DNA of 64,000 nt from positions 11,009 through 75,008 of IMG/VR virus record IMGVR_UViG_3300027881_000008. The stretch is one strand, 5' to 3'. The notes under the pieces were generated by a model. The model ran no database searches and was not told the origin of the DNA. It saw nothing but the letters and a program-made list of their open reading frames with translations. Source of the stretch: a virus. This document shows, piece after piece, positions 52,452-60,595 of this stretch. The first letter of the stretch is position 1. Every line of letters starts with the position of its first letter. The position numbers and the translations under genes are program-made.

Positions 52452-52924
52452 GACGCGGGTACCTGCGCCTCTACGTCTACGCCAAGAACGGCGAGCGCAT
52501 CGTCGCCAGCCCGATTTTGTCGGCGGCGCTTCTTCCCTCTACCACCATCCCTGGGCTTCCCGGCGAAGCTTGGGAGCTGGCCGATAGGAACGAGGAGGGC
52601 CTCCGGCGCGCGGCCGTCGAGCTGCTCGTCCACCGCCGCAAGCGCTCCAACAGCCGCGTGTACGGGATAGCCTTGGTAAAAGGCCCCGCAAGAAGGAACT
52701 CCGCCTACCTCTCGCGGGCCGCGGGCCGCCCGGTGAGCCTCACTGCAACGAACAGTTACATTGCCGCGTTCGCGGCTGTCGGCGACAGCAACACCGTGTG
52801 GGCCGGGGATGCGCAACGAGAGACGCTTAGCGACCTGGTGACCCACCTGGGGCGCTGCGTCCGGCACGTACGTACCGAAGAGACCCAGGAGCCCGGGATG
52901 TTCGCGCCTGCTCTGGAGAGATGA
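52448..52924 (+). CDS. hypothetical protein coupled to the recombinase
   Basis: ATGA overlap. Confidence 0.65.
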   Translation: MRRGYLRLYVYAKNGERIVASPILSAALLPSTTIPGLPGEAWELADRNEEGLRRAAVELLVHRRKRSNSRVYGIALVKGPARRNSAYLSRAAGRPVSLTATNSYIAAFAAVGDSNTVWAGDAQRETLSDLVTHLGRCVRHVRTEETQEPGMFAPALER

Positions 52925-52982
52925 AGGTGGAGCCCTGGACGCGAGGCAATCGGACAGGCTTTTGAGCGCGCTCCGAGAGCAC

Positions 52983-53414
52983 TCACGGGAGTGCGGAGGA
53001 GTGGTGGTTGGCGATCTGCCAATGGCCCGTGCGGGAGGGGTCGACGAGGACGTAAGAGAACCTGGCGGCTGCGCTGTTCGATGGAGGCCAGCGAAAGTGG
53101 TAGAGCCCGGAGACCACCACCGCCCCGCCGGGTAGCGACTGCACGACCACCGTCGTCGGGTCGATGGCGCCGCACAGGCCGGGACGCTCACCCAGGAAAC
53201 GGACGAAGTATGCCCCGATGGCCCGGTGCCCCTGAAGGACCTCAGACCCGAAGGTAGGGATGAGAACGGCGCGCCGGCCGTACAGGCTCAGGGGCGAAGC
53301 CGGGTCGCCGCTGCACACCGCGCGCATCCACCGCGAGAGGAACGCAGTGGCGGCCTCCTCCCGCTGTCCCTGGTTGTGGAGGAGCACTCCCTGCCTTCCG
53401 TATGTGGCGCTCAT
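52983..53414 (-). CDS. NTF2-like (DUF4440/CaMKII-association-domain-like) protein
   Basis: W..AV.SGDP...LY...AVLIPTF...IGAYFVRFL...SGLYHF...ARFSYV...WQIANHHSSALP. Confidence 0.85.
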   Translation of the reverse strand: MSATYGRQGVLLHNQGQREEAATAFLSRWMRAVCSGDPASPLSLYGRRAVLIPTFGSEVLQGHRAIGAYFVRFLGERPGLCGAIDPTTVVVQSLPGGAVVVSGLYHFRWPPSNSAAARFSYVLVDPSRTGHWQIANHHSSALP

Positions 53415-55009
53415 TTCTCCGCCTCTTCGCGCACCATTCCTAGGAACTGCTCCCAGGGGAAGTTGGGCCCGGGATCGTAGTGGTCGCTTTTGCCAAAAGC
53501 CTTGGTGCCGTCTACGTGGCCGCAGAAGCCGCTCTTTCCCGAGCGCATGTCGGTGGGTCCGATCTTCTCGATAGGGATCCCCCACCGCGTGGCAGCGTCG
53601 GAGGCCACCTTGGCCGCGCGCCGGAGCATCTTCTGGCTGAAGTCGTCCGACCAATCCTCGGCCGATTGTTTTGCGTATCCCGCGAGCTCGATGTGCACGG
53701 AATAAGTATTTGCGCCGCCACAACCATAGGCAATATCATGCTCGAAAACGCAGCCGATGGTGTTCTCGGAGTCCAGGCACCAATGAGCACTGGCAACAGG
53801 CGCCGAGGCGCCGGACGCAAACCACCTACTTACCGCGAGAGCAGTCGATGGCTTCTCGCTTGCCTCCATGGTGTGGCACATGAGCCAGCGCACGTCGGTG
53901 CGGTTTGCCGGGCGGTAGTTCGTGGCCTGGATGAACTGGTCAGCGTTTTCGTCGGGTCCCTCCGGGTCGCCAAAGAGAGCCGCCCGAGTGGCTGCTCCTA
54001 CGACACCGTCGACCACCAAAGAGGGGGTCTGTACCGCCTGGAACTCGCGCACGCGGGAGTCAGTGAGCGCTCCAAAGTCACCGTCCGCGCCGTAAGGGCT
54101 GAGGTCGTACCCCAGCTCCGAAAGCCGCTCCTGAAGGTCCTTCACGTCGTCGCCCTTCATCCCCTTTTTGAGCGGGCTGCGCCAATCGGCGCCAGGCTCA
54201 GGCTCGGGCGTAGGCCCAGGAGGAGGCGGGTCCGGATTGTCCGGGTGCCCGGGGCCGTGGGTGGCCGTCCGCGGGTAAGTGGTCCCCGGGAGGGGGCCCT
54301 CGCTGGAGACGAGGCCAGCAAGGTCGGGGTCGACCAGGATGTCCGCGAGGTCGGCCTCAGCGCCGTCGAGGTAACACCGGCGGCGAACGAGCCCTGTCAC
54401 GAGCTGCGAATAGTCGGCGAACGTGTCCACATGCGCTGTAGCGAGGGGCTGCAGCACTAGGACACCTGGGGTCACACCTGTGTACTTGCTCCCGCTCTCG
54501 ACGTGCCAACCGTAGTTTGCCGCCTTGCCCTCGCCGGTCCCGAAGACGCGGGGTGAAAGGACGAAGGACTTCCCGACGGTCCAGAGGAGCCCGCACCGGC
54601 CGGCGCGCTCCTGGTCGATGGACTTACTCTCCTCTACGAAGCGGCTGGTGTACGCCATCTCGGCGTCCGGCGTCTGGGTGCAGGGCCTAAGAACCACCCC
54701 GCCACCACCTCTGACGCGCATCCAGATTAGGTCGCAAATCTTGGCGGTGGGGAGCAGGCAGTCGAGCTGCTCCGCGATTGCGCTGGCCGTCAAGGCGTTG
54801 CAGGCGACCCGCACGCTGTCCCCCGGCACGCCTATCTGGAGCGCGTCGGTGGCGACGTCCAAGCGCAGGGTGTGGCCGTCGGCTACCACTTCGAGGGGGG
54901 TGAACATCACGAGCGCGCCGCCTTCAAGGACCGCGTCGAAGATCTGGTCCTCGCGTTGCTGGCCGGGTTGTTCGGGGAGAGTAGGGATCCATGCGCTCGC
55001 GGTAATCAT
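53411..55009 (-). CDS. modular endolysin: unknown N-domain + peptidoglycan-binding + Amidase_2
   Basis: LKKGMKGDDVKDLQERL...DGDFGALT; CHTME, SAHW, IELAG, CGHVD, HYDPG. Confidence 0.9.
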   Translation of the reverse strand: MITASAWIPTLPEQPGQQREDQIFDAVLEGGALVMFTPLEVVADGHTLRLDVATDALQIGVPGDSVRVACNALTASAIAEQLDCLLPTAKICDLIWMRVRGGGGVVLRPCTQTPDAEMAYTSRFVEESKSIDQERAGRCGLLWTVGKSFVLSPRVFGTGEGKAANYGWHVESGSKYTGVTPGVLVLQPLATAHVDTFADYSQLVTGLVRRRCYLDGAEADLADILVDPDLAGLVSSEGPLPGTTYPRTATHGPGHPDNPDPPPPGPTPEPEPGADWRSPLKKGMKGDDVKDLQERLSELGYDLSPYGADGDFGALTDSRVREFQAVQTPSLVVDGVVGAATRAALFGDPEGPDENADQFIQATNYRPANRTDVRWLMCHTMEASEKPSTALAVSRWFASGASAPVASAHWCLDSENTIGCVFEHDIAYGCGGANTYSVHIELAGYAKQSAEDWSDDFSQKMLRRAAKVASDAATRWGIPIEKIGPTDMRSGKSGFCGHVDGTKAFGKSDHYDPGPNFPWEQFLGMVREEAEK

Positions 55010-55695
55010 CGCGAGGAAGAGTACAACGACGAGGCCACGTAGCCAATGGCCACCCCTAGGACCAAGGGCACAAAGAAGGGAAGGGGCGCCTCGGAGCCCG
55101 GCGGGGGAGACACAGGAGGGCCGGGCTGAGGCGGCACGGGGGGAGTCGGCCCGGGGGCGCCGAGATGGGGGTAGAGCGACGTCTCAGCTGCGGCGCCGGA
55201 AGGCGAGAAGGTGATGTGGACGTGGTCGCGATGGGGGCTGGGGCCGTTGTAGGGGCGCCACTCTTTGGAACCGGCGCTCCAAATGCGACGGTCCCAGATG
55301 ACGTACCGAATGCCTGCTCGACGGAGGTTAGCGTGGGGCTCCCCGTTAGGGCCTGGAGCGAAGAGCCAGTGGAAGAAGAGGTTCACCCGCTCGACGTCGG
55401 CAGGGTTGTTTACGTTGACTTTCCAGTCCCAGGCGCGCCCCTCGTTGTGCTCGCTCTTTGCGGGCTTCCCCTCGCACCCGCGACAAATCCCGCTGTCGCC
55501 ACCGCCTAGGTGTTCCAAGATGAACTTGCGGAAGAGCACAGCGCCGGGCTGGGGTCCCTTGAGACACTTCGTAGCCTTCACCGACGTGGCGTACCCGTCC
55601 ACGGGCCCCGGGAACGAAGGAAGGGCTCCCGTGGGGGCGAGCCCGACCAAATCCTTGGGGAAGAACATGCAAGCTGGTCGGGAAAGGTCGGGCAT
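55006..55695 (-). CDS. zinc-peptidase-like (M15-type) cell-wall hydrolase with C-terminal TM
   Basis: SEHNEGRAWDW (HxxxxxxD), HRDHVH; Pro linker + TM; AGGAGGA SD. Confidence 0.75.
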   Translation of the reverse strand: MPDLSRPACMFFPKDLVGLAPTGALPSFPGPVDGYATSVKATKCLKGPQPGAVLFRKFILEHLGGGDSGICRGCEGKPAKSEHNEGRAWDWKVNVNNPADVERVNLFFHWLFAPGPNGEPHANLRRAGIRYVIWDRRIWSAGSKEWRPYNGPSPHRDHVHITFSPSGAAAETSLYPHLGAPGPTPPVPPQPGPPVSPPPGSEAPLPFFVPLVLGVAIGYVASSLYSSSR

Positions 55696-55704
55696 TGCTC
55701 CTCC

Positions 55705-58275
55705 TTAAAACAGGTCTGCGTCCACCCACTCGATTGTGGGGAACGCCCGCTGACGGGGGTTCTGGCTCATTTCGGCCAGCCCATCAGTGAGCCCAAACAT
55801 TCGCCCAAACACGTAGTCCTCGGCTTCGTCCTGCGTGAGGTCGAGTCCGTCGATCCGCTCGGCGATGGTCGCCTGTTTGTCGACCAGCATGGCGGCGATC
55901 ACCCCGTCCACCGTGTTCTCTGCCTGGATATAGGTGATAGTGCATTTGTTCTCCTGCCCGATCCTCCAGATACGGTCCTCGGCCTGCACCTGGTCCATGG
56001 GCCGCCAGGTACGCTCGAGGAACAGAGTCTCGCTAGCGGCGGTGAGAGTGAGCCCCGCGCCCGCCGCGGGTATCGAGCAAACCAACACGTCGAGTTCGCC
56101 GGCTTGGAAGGCGTCCTTGTACGCCGTACGGCGAGCTTCCGCGACGCCTCCAATGATCTGGCCGACGCGGAGCTTTCGGGTGACCCCGGCGTGCTCGACC
56201 TCCGTCTCCTTCAAGAGCTTGGTCAGGCCCTCGGTGACGTCGCGGTGGTAGGCCATCACCACCAACGGTCGGCCCGTGGATTCGTAGTGGCCCGTGATCC
56301 ACTCGACCGCGTAGGGGATCTTTCCCACGGCGGCGAGCTTGCGCAGAGCGGTCATCTTGGTGATCGCTTGAGCGCGCATGTGTTTCTCCACCGCCTCGGG
56401 ACCGCCTTTGGTTCCCACCCAGTCGATGAAATCCTTAGCCGCCCGCTTGTACTCTTTAGCGGTCTTAGGCTCCAACGCGATGAGCTTGGTCTGGCGTGAC
56501 TTAGGAGGAAGGGGCAAGATGTCCTTGGTCCTGCGCAACATGTAGTTCTCCGTCAGCACCGAGAACAGTTCCTTGCCGTTGCTGGCGCCGTCGAAGTTCC
56601 ACGTCTTGATGATGCGCCCGCCCCGGCAACGGCTGCGTGCGCAGGAGGCGGGAGGCTTGAAGCAGCGCCCGCATTTTGTTTCGAGGACGCCGTCGCAATA
56701 GCGAAGACCGAATTTTTGGTAGCTATCCCACCGCTCAGCGTCCAAAAAGTGCAAAAGAGGCCAAAGCTCCTTGGGACGGTTCATGAGCGGGGTAGCCGTG
56801 AGTAGGAAGACGCGCCCGGCGTCCTGCGACAGCTCGATGAACGCCTTGGCTCGATTGCTTCCCACGTATTTGCCGCGCTGCTGGCGGAGAGTCTTTAGGT
56901 AATGCGCCTCGTCAGCGATGAGGGTGGCGATCCGAAGCTTGCCCAACATTTTTGCGTGGGATGGGAGCACGTCGTAATTGATGACCACAACGTCAGCGGC
57001 CTTGTACTTGGCCAGCTTGTAGGGTTTGCGCCCCGCCACCACCATTACCGAAAATTCGCTGCGCCACTTCCCCATCTCGCGAAGCCATTCGACTCGTAGG
57101 GTGGCGGGGCACACCACGACCACGGGGGCGTCGGCTGCGACGCAAGCTTGGAGCGTCTTGCCTAGACCCGGCTCGTCGGCCAACAGCCCGCTGCGCTTCT
57201 TGTCGAGCCAGCTGATCCCTTCGACCTGGTACGGAAAGGCCACAGATGGAACGGAGCGGGCAGGAGCAGACGGCGCCGGCGCTGGCGCGTTTTCTTTCTT
57301 AGCGTCGGCGGAGGCCGCCTTCAGTTCGGACTTCTGGTCCTTGTCGTTGGAGACCATCTTCAGCTCGCGGTACGAGAAGAAGGTGAGCCCCCCGCTCACG
57401 CCCTTGTAGCCGAGACCCACGCGGGGCGACCCGTCGCGGTTCGTCCCCACCCATCGCACTACGCCCTCGCGGCCCTCGGGGTCGATTACCCGCTCCCCCT
57501 TCTGGAGGGCCTTGCGGGCCTCCTCGATGGTCCAGGCGTCGGTCTCGTTGGTGGCGCTCGTCGGAGGCCCCGCAGGAGGCGTCACAGGCGGAGGAAACTG
57601 CACGTCCCGGGGCACCACCGCCATGTTCCCCTCGAGGTCAAGCATGAGCTGGCCCGCGAAGGCGACGCTAAGAGCGGCGATGAGGTGGTCGATCTTATCT
57701 TCAGGTACGCACCACACCTTCTGGTGGCCCACCCACACGCGCCCGGGAACCGACTTCACCGCCTTGATGAAATCGGCGTTGAAGGGAGTCTTCGCACAAA
57801 TCCTTCCGGGCCCGACACGCACCAGCTTGATCTCGGAACCGGCGCGCTGGCCTTCGACGTAAAAGGAACGAAAGCGCCCAGCCGTTGCCCAGAAGCCGCA
57901 CCCCGCGGCGACCTTCTCGGCGGCGGCCACGACCACCTTCCAGTCGGGCCCCGTGTAGCTCGCCGCCATCGCCGCGTGCCAGATCGCTTTGTTGGTTGCC
58001 GCGCGGTAGTCGCCGACCGAGGCGGCGCTCGCAATGGAGGCTCGCATCTCCTCGGGAGCCATCGCGATCCCCTGGGCCAAGAGGTCCAGGTCCGGAGACC
58101 CCACCTCGCCGGCCTCCACCCCGAACTTCTCCTCGCAGATCGGGCCGATGCCCAGTTCGACGCTTCGCGCGTCGCGGAGCGGCCGGTTGCACATGCAGCA
58201 GTGAGTCGCCAGGAGCTTGGTCGATACAGCGTCCTCGTAGCCGTTTGGAGTGTAGGGGGCCTGCGTCACTGTCAT
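55705..58275 (-). CDS. SNF2/SMARCAL1-like helicase with N-terminal DUF6011-like zinc finger and HARP-like domain
   Basis: CCMCNRPLRDARSVELGIGPIC; PFNADFIKAVKSVPGRVW; ADEPGLGKT, DEAH, QAEDRIWRIGQ. Confidence 0.92.
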   Translation of the reverse strand: MTVTQAPYTPNGYEDAVSTKLLATHCCMCNRPLRDARSVELGIGPICEEKFGVEAGEVGSPDLDLLAQGIAMAPEEMRASIASAASVGDYRAATNKAIWHAAMAASYTGPDWKVVVAAAEKVAAGCGFWATAGRFRSFYVEGQRAGSEIKLVRVGPGRICAKTPFNADFIKAVKSVPGRVWVGHQKVWCVPEDKIDHLIAALSVAFAGQLMLDLEGNMAVVPRDVQFPPPVTPPAGPPTSATNETDAWTIEEARKALQKGERVIDPEGREGVVRWVGTNRDGSPRVGLGYKGVSGGLTFFSYRELKMVSNDKDQKSELKAASADAKKENAPAPAPSAPARSVPSVAFPYQVEGISWLDKKRSGLLADEPGLGKTLQACVAADAPVVVVCPATLRVEWLREMGKWRSEFSVMVVAGRKPYKLAKYKAADVVVINYDVLPSHAKMLGKLRIATLIADEAHYLKTLRQQRGKYVGSNRAKAFIELSQDAGRVFLLTATPLMNRPKELWPLLHFLDAERWDSYQKFGLRYCDGVLETKCGRCFKPPASCARSRCRGGRIIKTWNFDGASNGKELFSVLTENYMLRRTKDILPLPPKSRQTKLIALEPKTAKEYKRAAKDFIDWVGTKGGPEAVEKHMRAQAITKMTALRKLAAVGKIPYAVEWITGHYESTGRPLVVMAYHRDVTEGLTKLLKETEVEHAGVTRKLRVGQIIGGVAEARRTAYKDAFQAGELDVLVCSIPAAGAGLTLTAASETLFLERTWRPMDQVQAEDRIWRIGQENKCTITYIQAENTVDGVIAAMLVDKQATIAERIDGLDLTQDEAEDYVFGRMFGLTDGLAEMSQNPRQRAFPTIEWVDADLF

Positions 58276-58592
58276 ACCCCGTTGTTTTTGGCGACGACGA
58301 ATGCGGCGTACAGTTGTTCGTAGACGCCGAGCAAAAGGTTGGCGTCCTTGAGCAGGTCCCCGCCGCGAGGACTGTCGCCCTTGATGCGAGCGGAAGCTTC
58401 GGCCTTGGACCCCGCCGCGGTCAGGACGGCATCGCAGAGCGCCAGGATAGGCTCGGCGAAGCCGTGGGCGTCCCCGTCGCGATGGAGCGCAGCGGCCAGC
58501 TCCCGCACCCGCTTGGGGCGGCTGGCGAGGAGCGTCTCGTTTACCCGGAGGGCCTGGGTGATCTGGGACGAGGTGTTGCGGGTGTCGACCAT
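58272..58592 (-). CDS. hypothetical helical protein
   Basis: ATGA-coupled to the helicase. Confidence 0.6.
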   Translation of the reverse strand: MVDTRNTSSQITQALRVNETLLASRPKRVRELAAALHRDGDAHGFAEPILALCDAVLTAAGSKAEASARIKGDSPRGGDLLKDANLLLGVYEQLYAAFVVAKNNGV

Positions 58593-58594
58593 GG

Positions 58595-59068
58595 CTAAAT
58601 GTCGATCACTTCCCAGGGGACGTCCACCCCCACGCCGTCGTCCCCCACCACGGGAGACCCAAAGGCGCTGCGGAGGTCCCTAGAAATGGCTCGGGAGAGG
58701 AGGACGAGCTGGAGCATCTCGGGGTCGCTGAGGCCCCCGGCTCCGAGCGCCCCGGTGCGCTCGTTCATGTAGTTGGTCCCCCAGATGACGTTGAACTCGA
58801 TGTTCTGCCGCTTGGGAGCGCTCAGCTTCACCTTGGCGAGCGCGCCGAAGATGGCGCCTCTAGCCATCACCATGCGGGCGCCTATCCACCGAGCGGCGCA
58901 GGACTCGAAGGTGCCCGCGTGAACGGCGGGGGGCGCGCGGAACGAAAAACGACGAGCCGGGGGTTGGCGAAGCGCCGGCGCAGCGAGAGAGCGCCACGGT
59001 GAGCTTCGCGGGCGGGCCAAATGGAGAGCCATCTTGTGCTTAGTCGGGATGGGCAGGATAGGGACCAT
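58595..59068 (-). CDS. hypothetical protein
   Basis: AAGGA SD; fills the operon gap. Confidence 0.5.
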   Translation of the reverse strand: MVPILPIPTKHKMALHLARPRSSPWRSLAAPALRQPPARRFSFRAPPAVHAGTFESCAARWIGARMVMARGAIFGALAKVKLSAPKRQNIEFNVIWGTNYMNERTGALGAGGLSDPEMLQLVLLSRAISRDLRSAFGSPVVGDDGVGVDVPWEVIDI

Positions 59069-60026
59069 GAGCTTTCCTTTCGCGCCTTGTAGCAGGCGCA
59101 GAGTCGCGGACCAGGGGGACGTCCAGACCTAGCCATTGCGGAGAGATCACCACCATGTTCCCTGGGTCGGTGATGGCGAAGTCCCAGTCGTCAGGGTCGG
59201 CGTAGTCGCCTGTTGCTTCGTCCCAATCGTCCCCCACCTCTCCCACGTTGCCGGGATGGACATCGGAGAGGACCATCCCCTTGTCTAAGTAGTAGCGAAG
59301 GGCGGTGCCAACGGACGACCCGAGAACGAGTTTCGTCATCATCTCGCTCACCTGATAGAGGCGGTGAACCTCCCAAGCGAGCCTATCAGTGAGGGCCAGG
59401 AACTCCGCGTTTGTGGGGTGGTCTAGGTCCATGATGTCCAGCGAGACAAACGGGCGCTCAGGGGGCGCCGCCTCTTGCACGCGCTCCCAGAGCCGGCGCA
59501 CAAGGGGCTCCCGTTCCGGCCACGCCAACATCAAGTCAAAGACGTTGCCCGCGTGGGCCAAGAAATCGTAGAGCAGGGCGACGAAGGCGCCTACCGATTT
59601 GGGGCCCGCCGTATTTTTGTATTGCCTCACACGCTTCCCGGCCGCCCCAAGAACGCCCACGTTGAAAGCCTCTTCGCGCCATACCAGAAACACAGGCCGG
59701 TGCTCGAACTTCTCGGGAAGCGCCAGCGCCGTGTAGTACTCCACGATCCCCGGAGGCCAGATCCCCTCAGCGCGTGCAAGCTCCATTGCGCCCTGGGCGA
59801 AGAACGCTTCGCTGCCGTCGGTCGTGATCTTGAGGACGGTCCCGGGGTCGCCCGTCGCCAAGACGCACCCGTAGGCGCCGCAGCCGAGTTCTTCCATCAC
59901 CCCGCCGGTCTCGACGGGCAGCGGCCCCGCCTCGGCAGACGCAACGATGGCGTCCCAGTTGCGCGCGAGCATCTGGTCCACCCAGTCGGGGTTGGGCTTC
60001 GCCCTTTTCTTCTTCCGCTTGGGGAT
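59040..60026 (-). CDS. protein-kinase-like (PK/APH fold) enzyme; probable ATC start
   Basis: LGCGAYGCV, VLKIT..SE, SDVHPGNVG, ITDPG; GAGGAG SD 6 nt before ATC 60026. Confidence 0.8.
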   Translation of the reverse strand: MPKRKKKRAKPNPDWVDQMLARNWDAIVASAEAGPLPVETGGVMEELGCGAYGCVLATGDPGTVLKITTDGSEAFFAQGAMELARAEGIWPPGIVEYYTALALPEKFEHRPVFLVWREEAFNVGVLGAAGKRVRQYKNTAGPKSVGAFVALLYDFLAHAGNVFDLMLAWPEREPLVRRLWERVQEAAPPERPFVSLDIMDLDHPTNAEFLALTDRLAWEVHRLYQVSEMMTKLVLGSSVGTALRYYLDKGMVLSDVHPGNVGEVGDDWDEATGDYADPDDWDFAITDPGNMVVISPQWLGLDVPLVRDSAPATRRERKAHGPYPAHPD

Positions 60027-60027
60027 G

Positions 60028-60294
60028 TCAAGCTCCTCGCTCGGAGGCCATCTTTCGGATGCATGCCGCCAAACGTGGGTGGTTGTTGAGCTCGGCGGCA
60101 CGAGCGGTGGCAAGCATATCGGCGACCGAGGTCCCCTTCCCCTTCCCCGCCAGGTACGCTTTCACCGTGGGCAGTTCTTCGGGCTTGATGTTGGTGTCCA
60201 GGCACCCGGCCGCTGAGCCCTTGCGGGTAAGCAGCAGGCCGACTCCCACCACCGCTCCAGCCAGGAGCAAAAGAGACATGTTGCGTTGGTCCAT
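60028..60294 (-). CDS. small N-terminally anchored membrane protein
   Basis: LLLLAGAVVGVGLLLTRK. Confidence 0.65.
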   Translation of the reverse strand: MDQRNMSLLLLAGAVVGVGLLLTRKGSAAGCLDTNIKPEELPTVKAYLAGKGKGTSVADMLATARAAELNNHPRLAACIRKMASERGA

Positions 60295-60299
60295 GGGGC

Positions 60300-60593
60300 T
60301 CACGAGACTACCGTCAGTTCGTTGTCGACGATGCCCCAAGCAGCGAGCTGCGCGAGGTAGTCACCCATCTCGTCTGGGTGGACGTCGAATTTTTCCTCCA
60401 AGATTTCTCGCCAGTCGTCCTCCGAGTAGCGCGAGACGTCGCCCCCCGAGGTCTGGAACTGGACCATGAACTCCGAAAGAGCGGCGCCGCTGTCCACCAC
60501 TTCGACCACGCAGCTCTTCGCCCGGTTCGGGGTGTAGTCCGAGCCCCCGTGAAAAAATTGACCCACCAAAGTATCCAGTTCTTTTGACGCCAT
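60300..60593 (-). CDS. hypothetical acidic protein
   Basis: GAGGAG SD; YTPN motif. Confidence 0.65.
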   Translation of the reverse strand: MASKELDTLVGQFFHGGSDYTPNRAKSCVVEVVDSGAALSEFMVQFQTSGGDVSRYSEDDWREILEEKFDVHPDEMGDYLAQLAAWGIVDNELTVVS

Positions 60594-60595
60594 GA

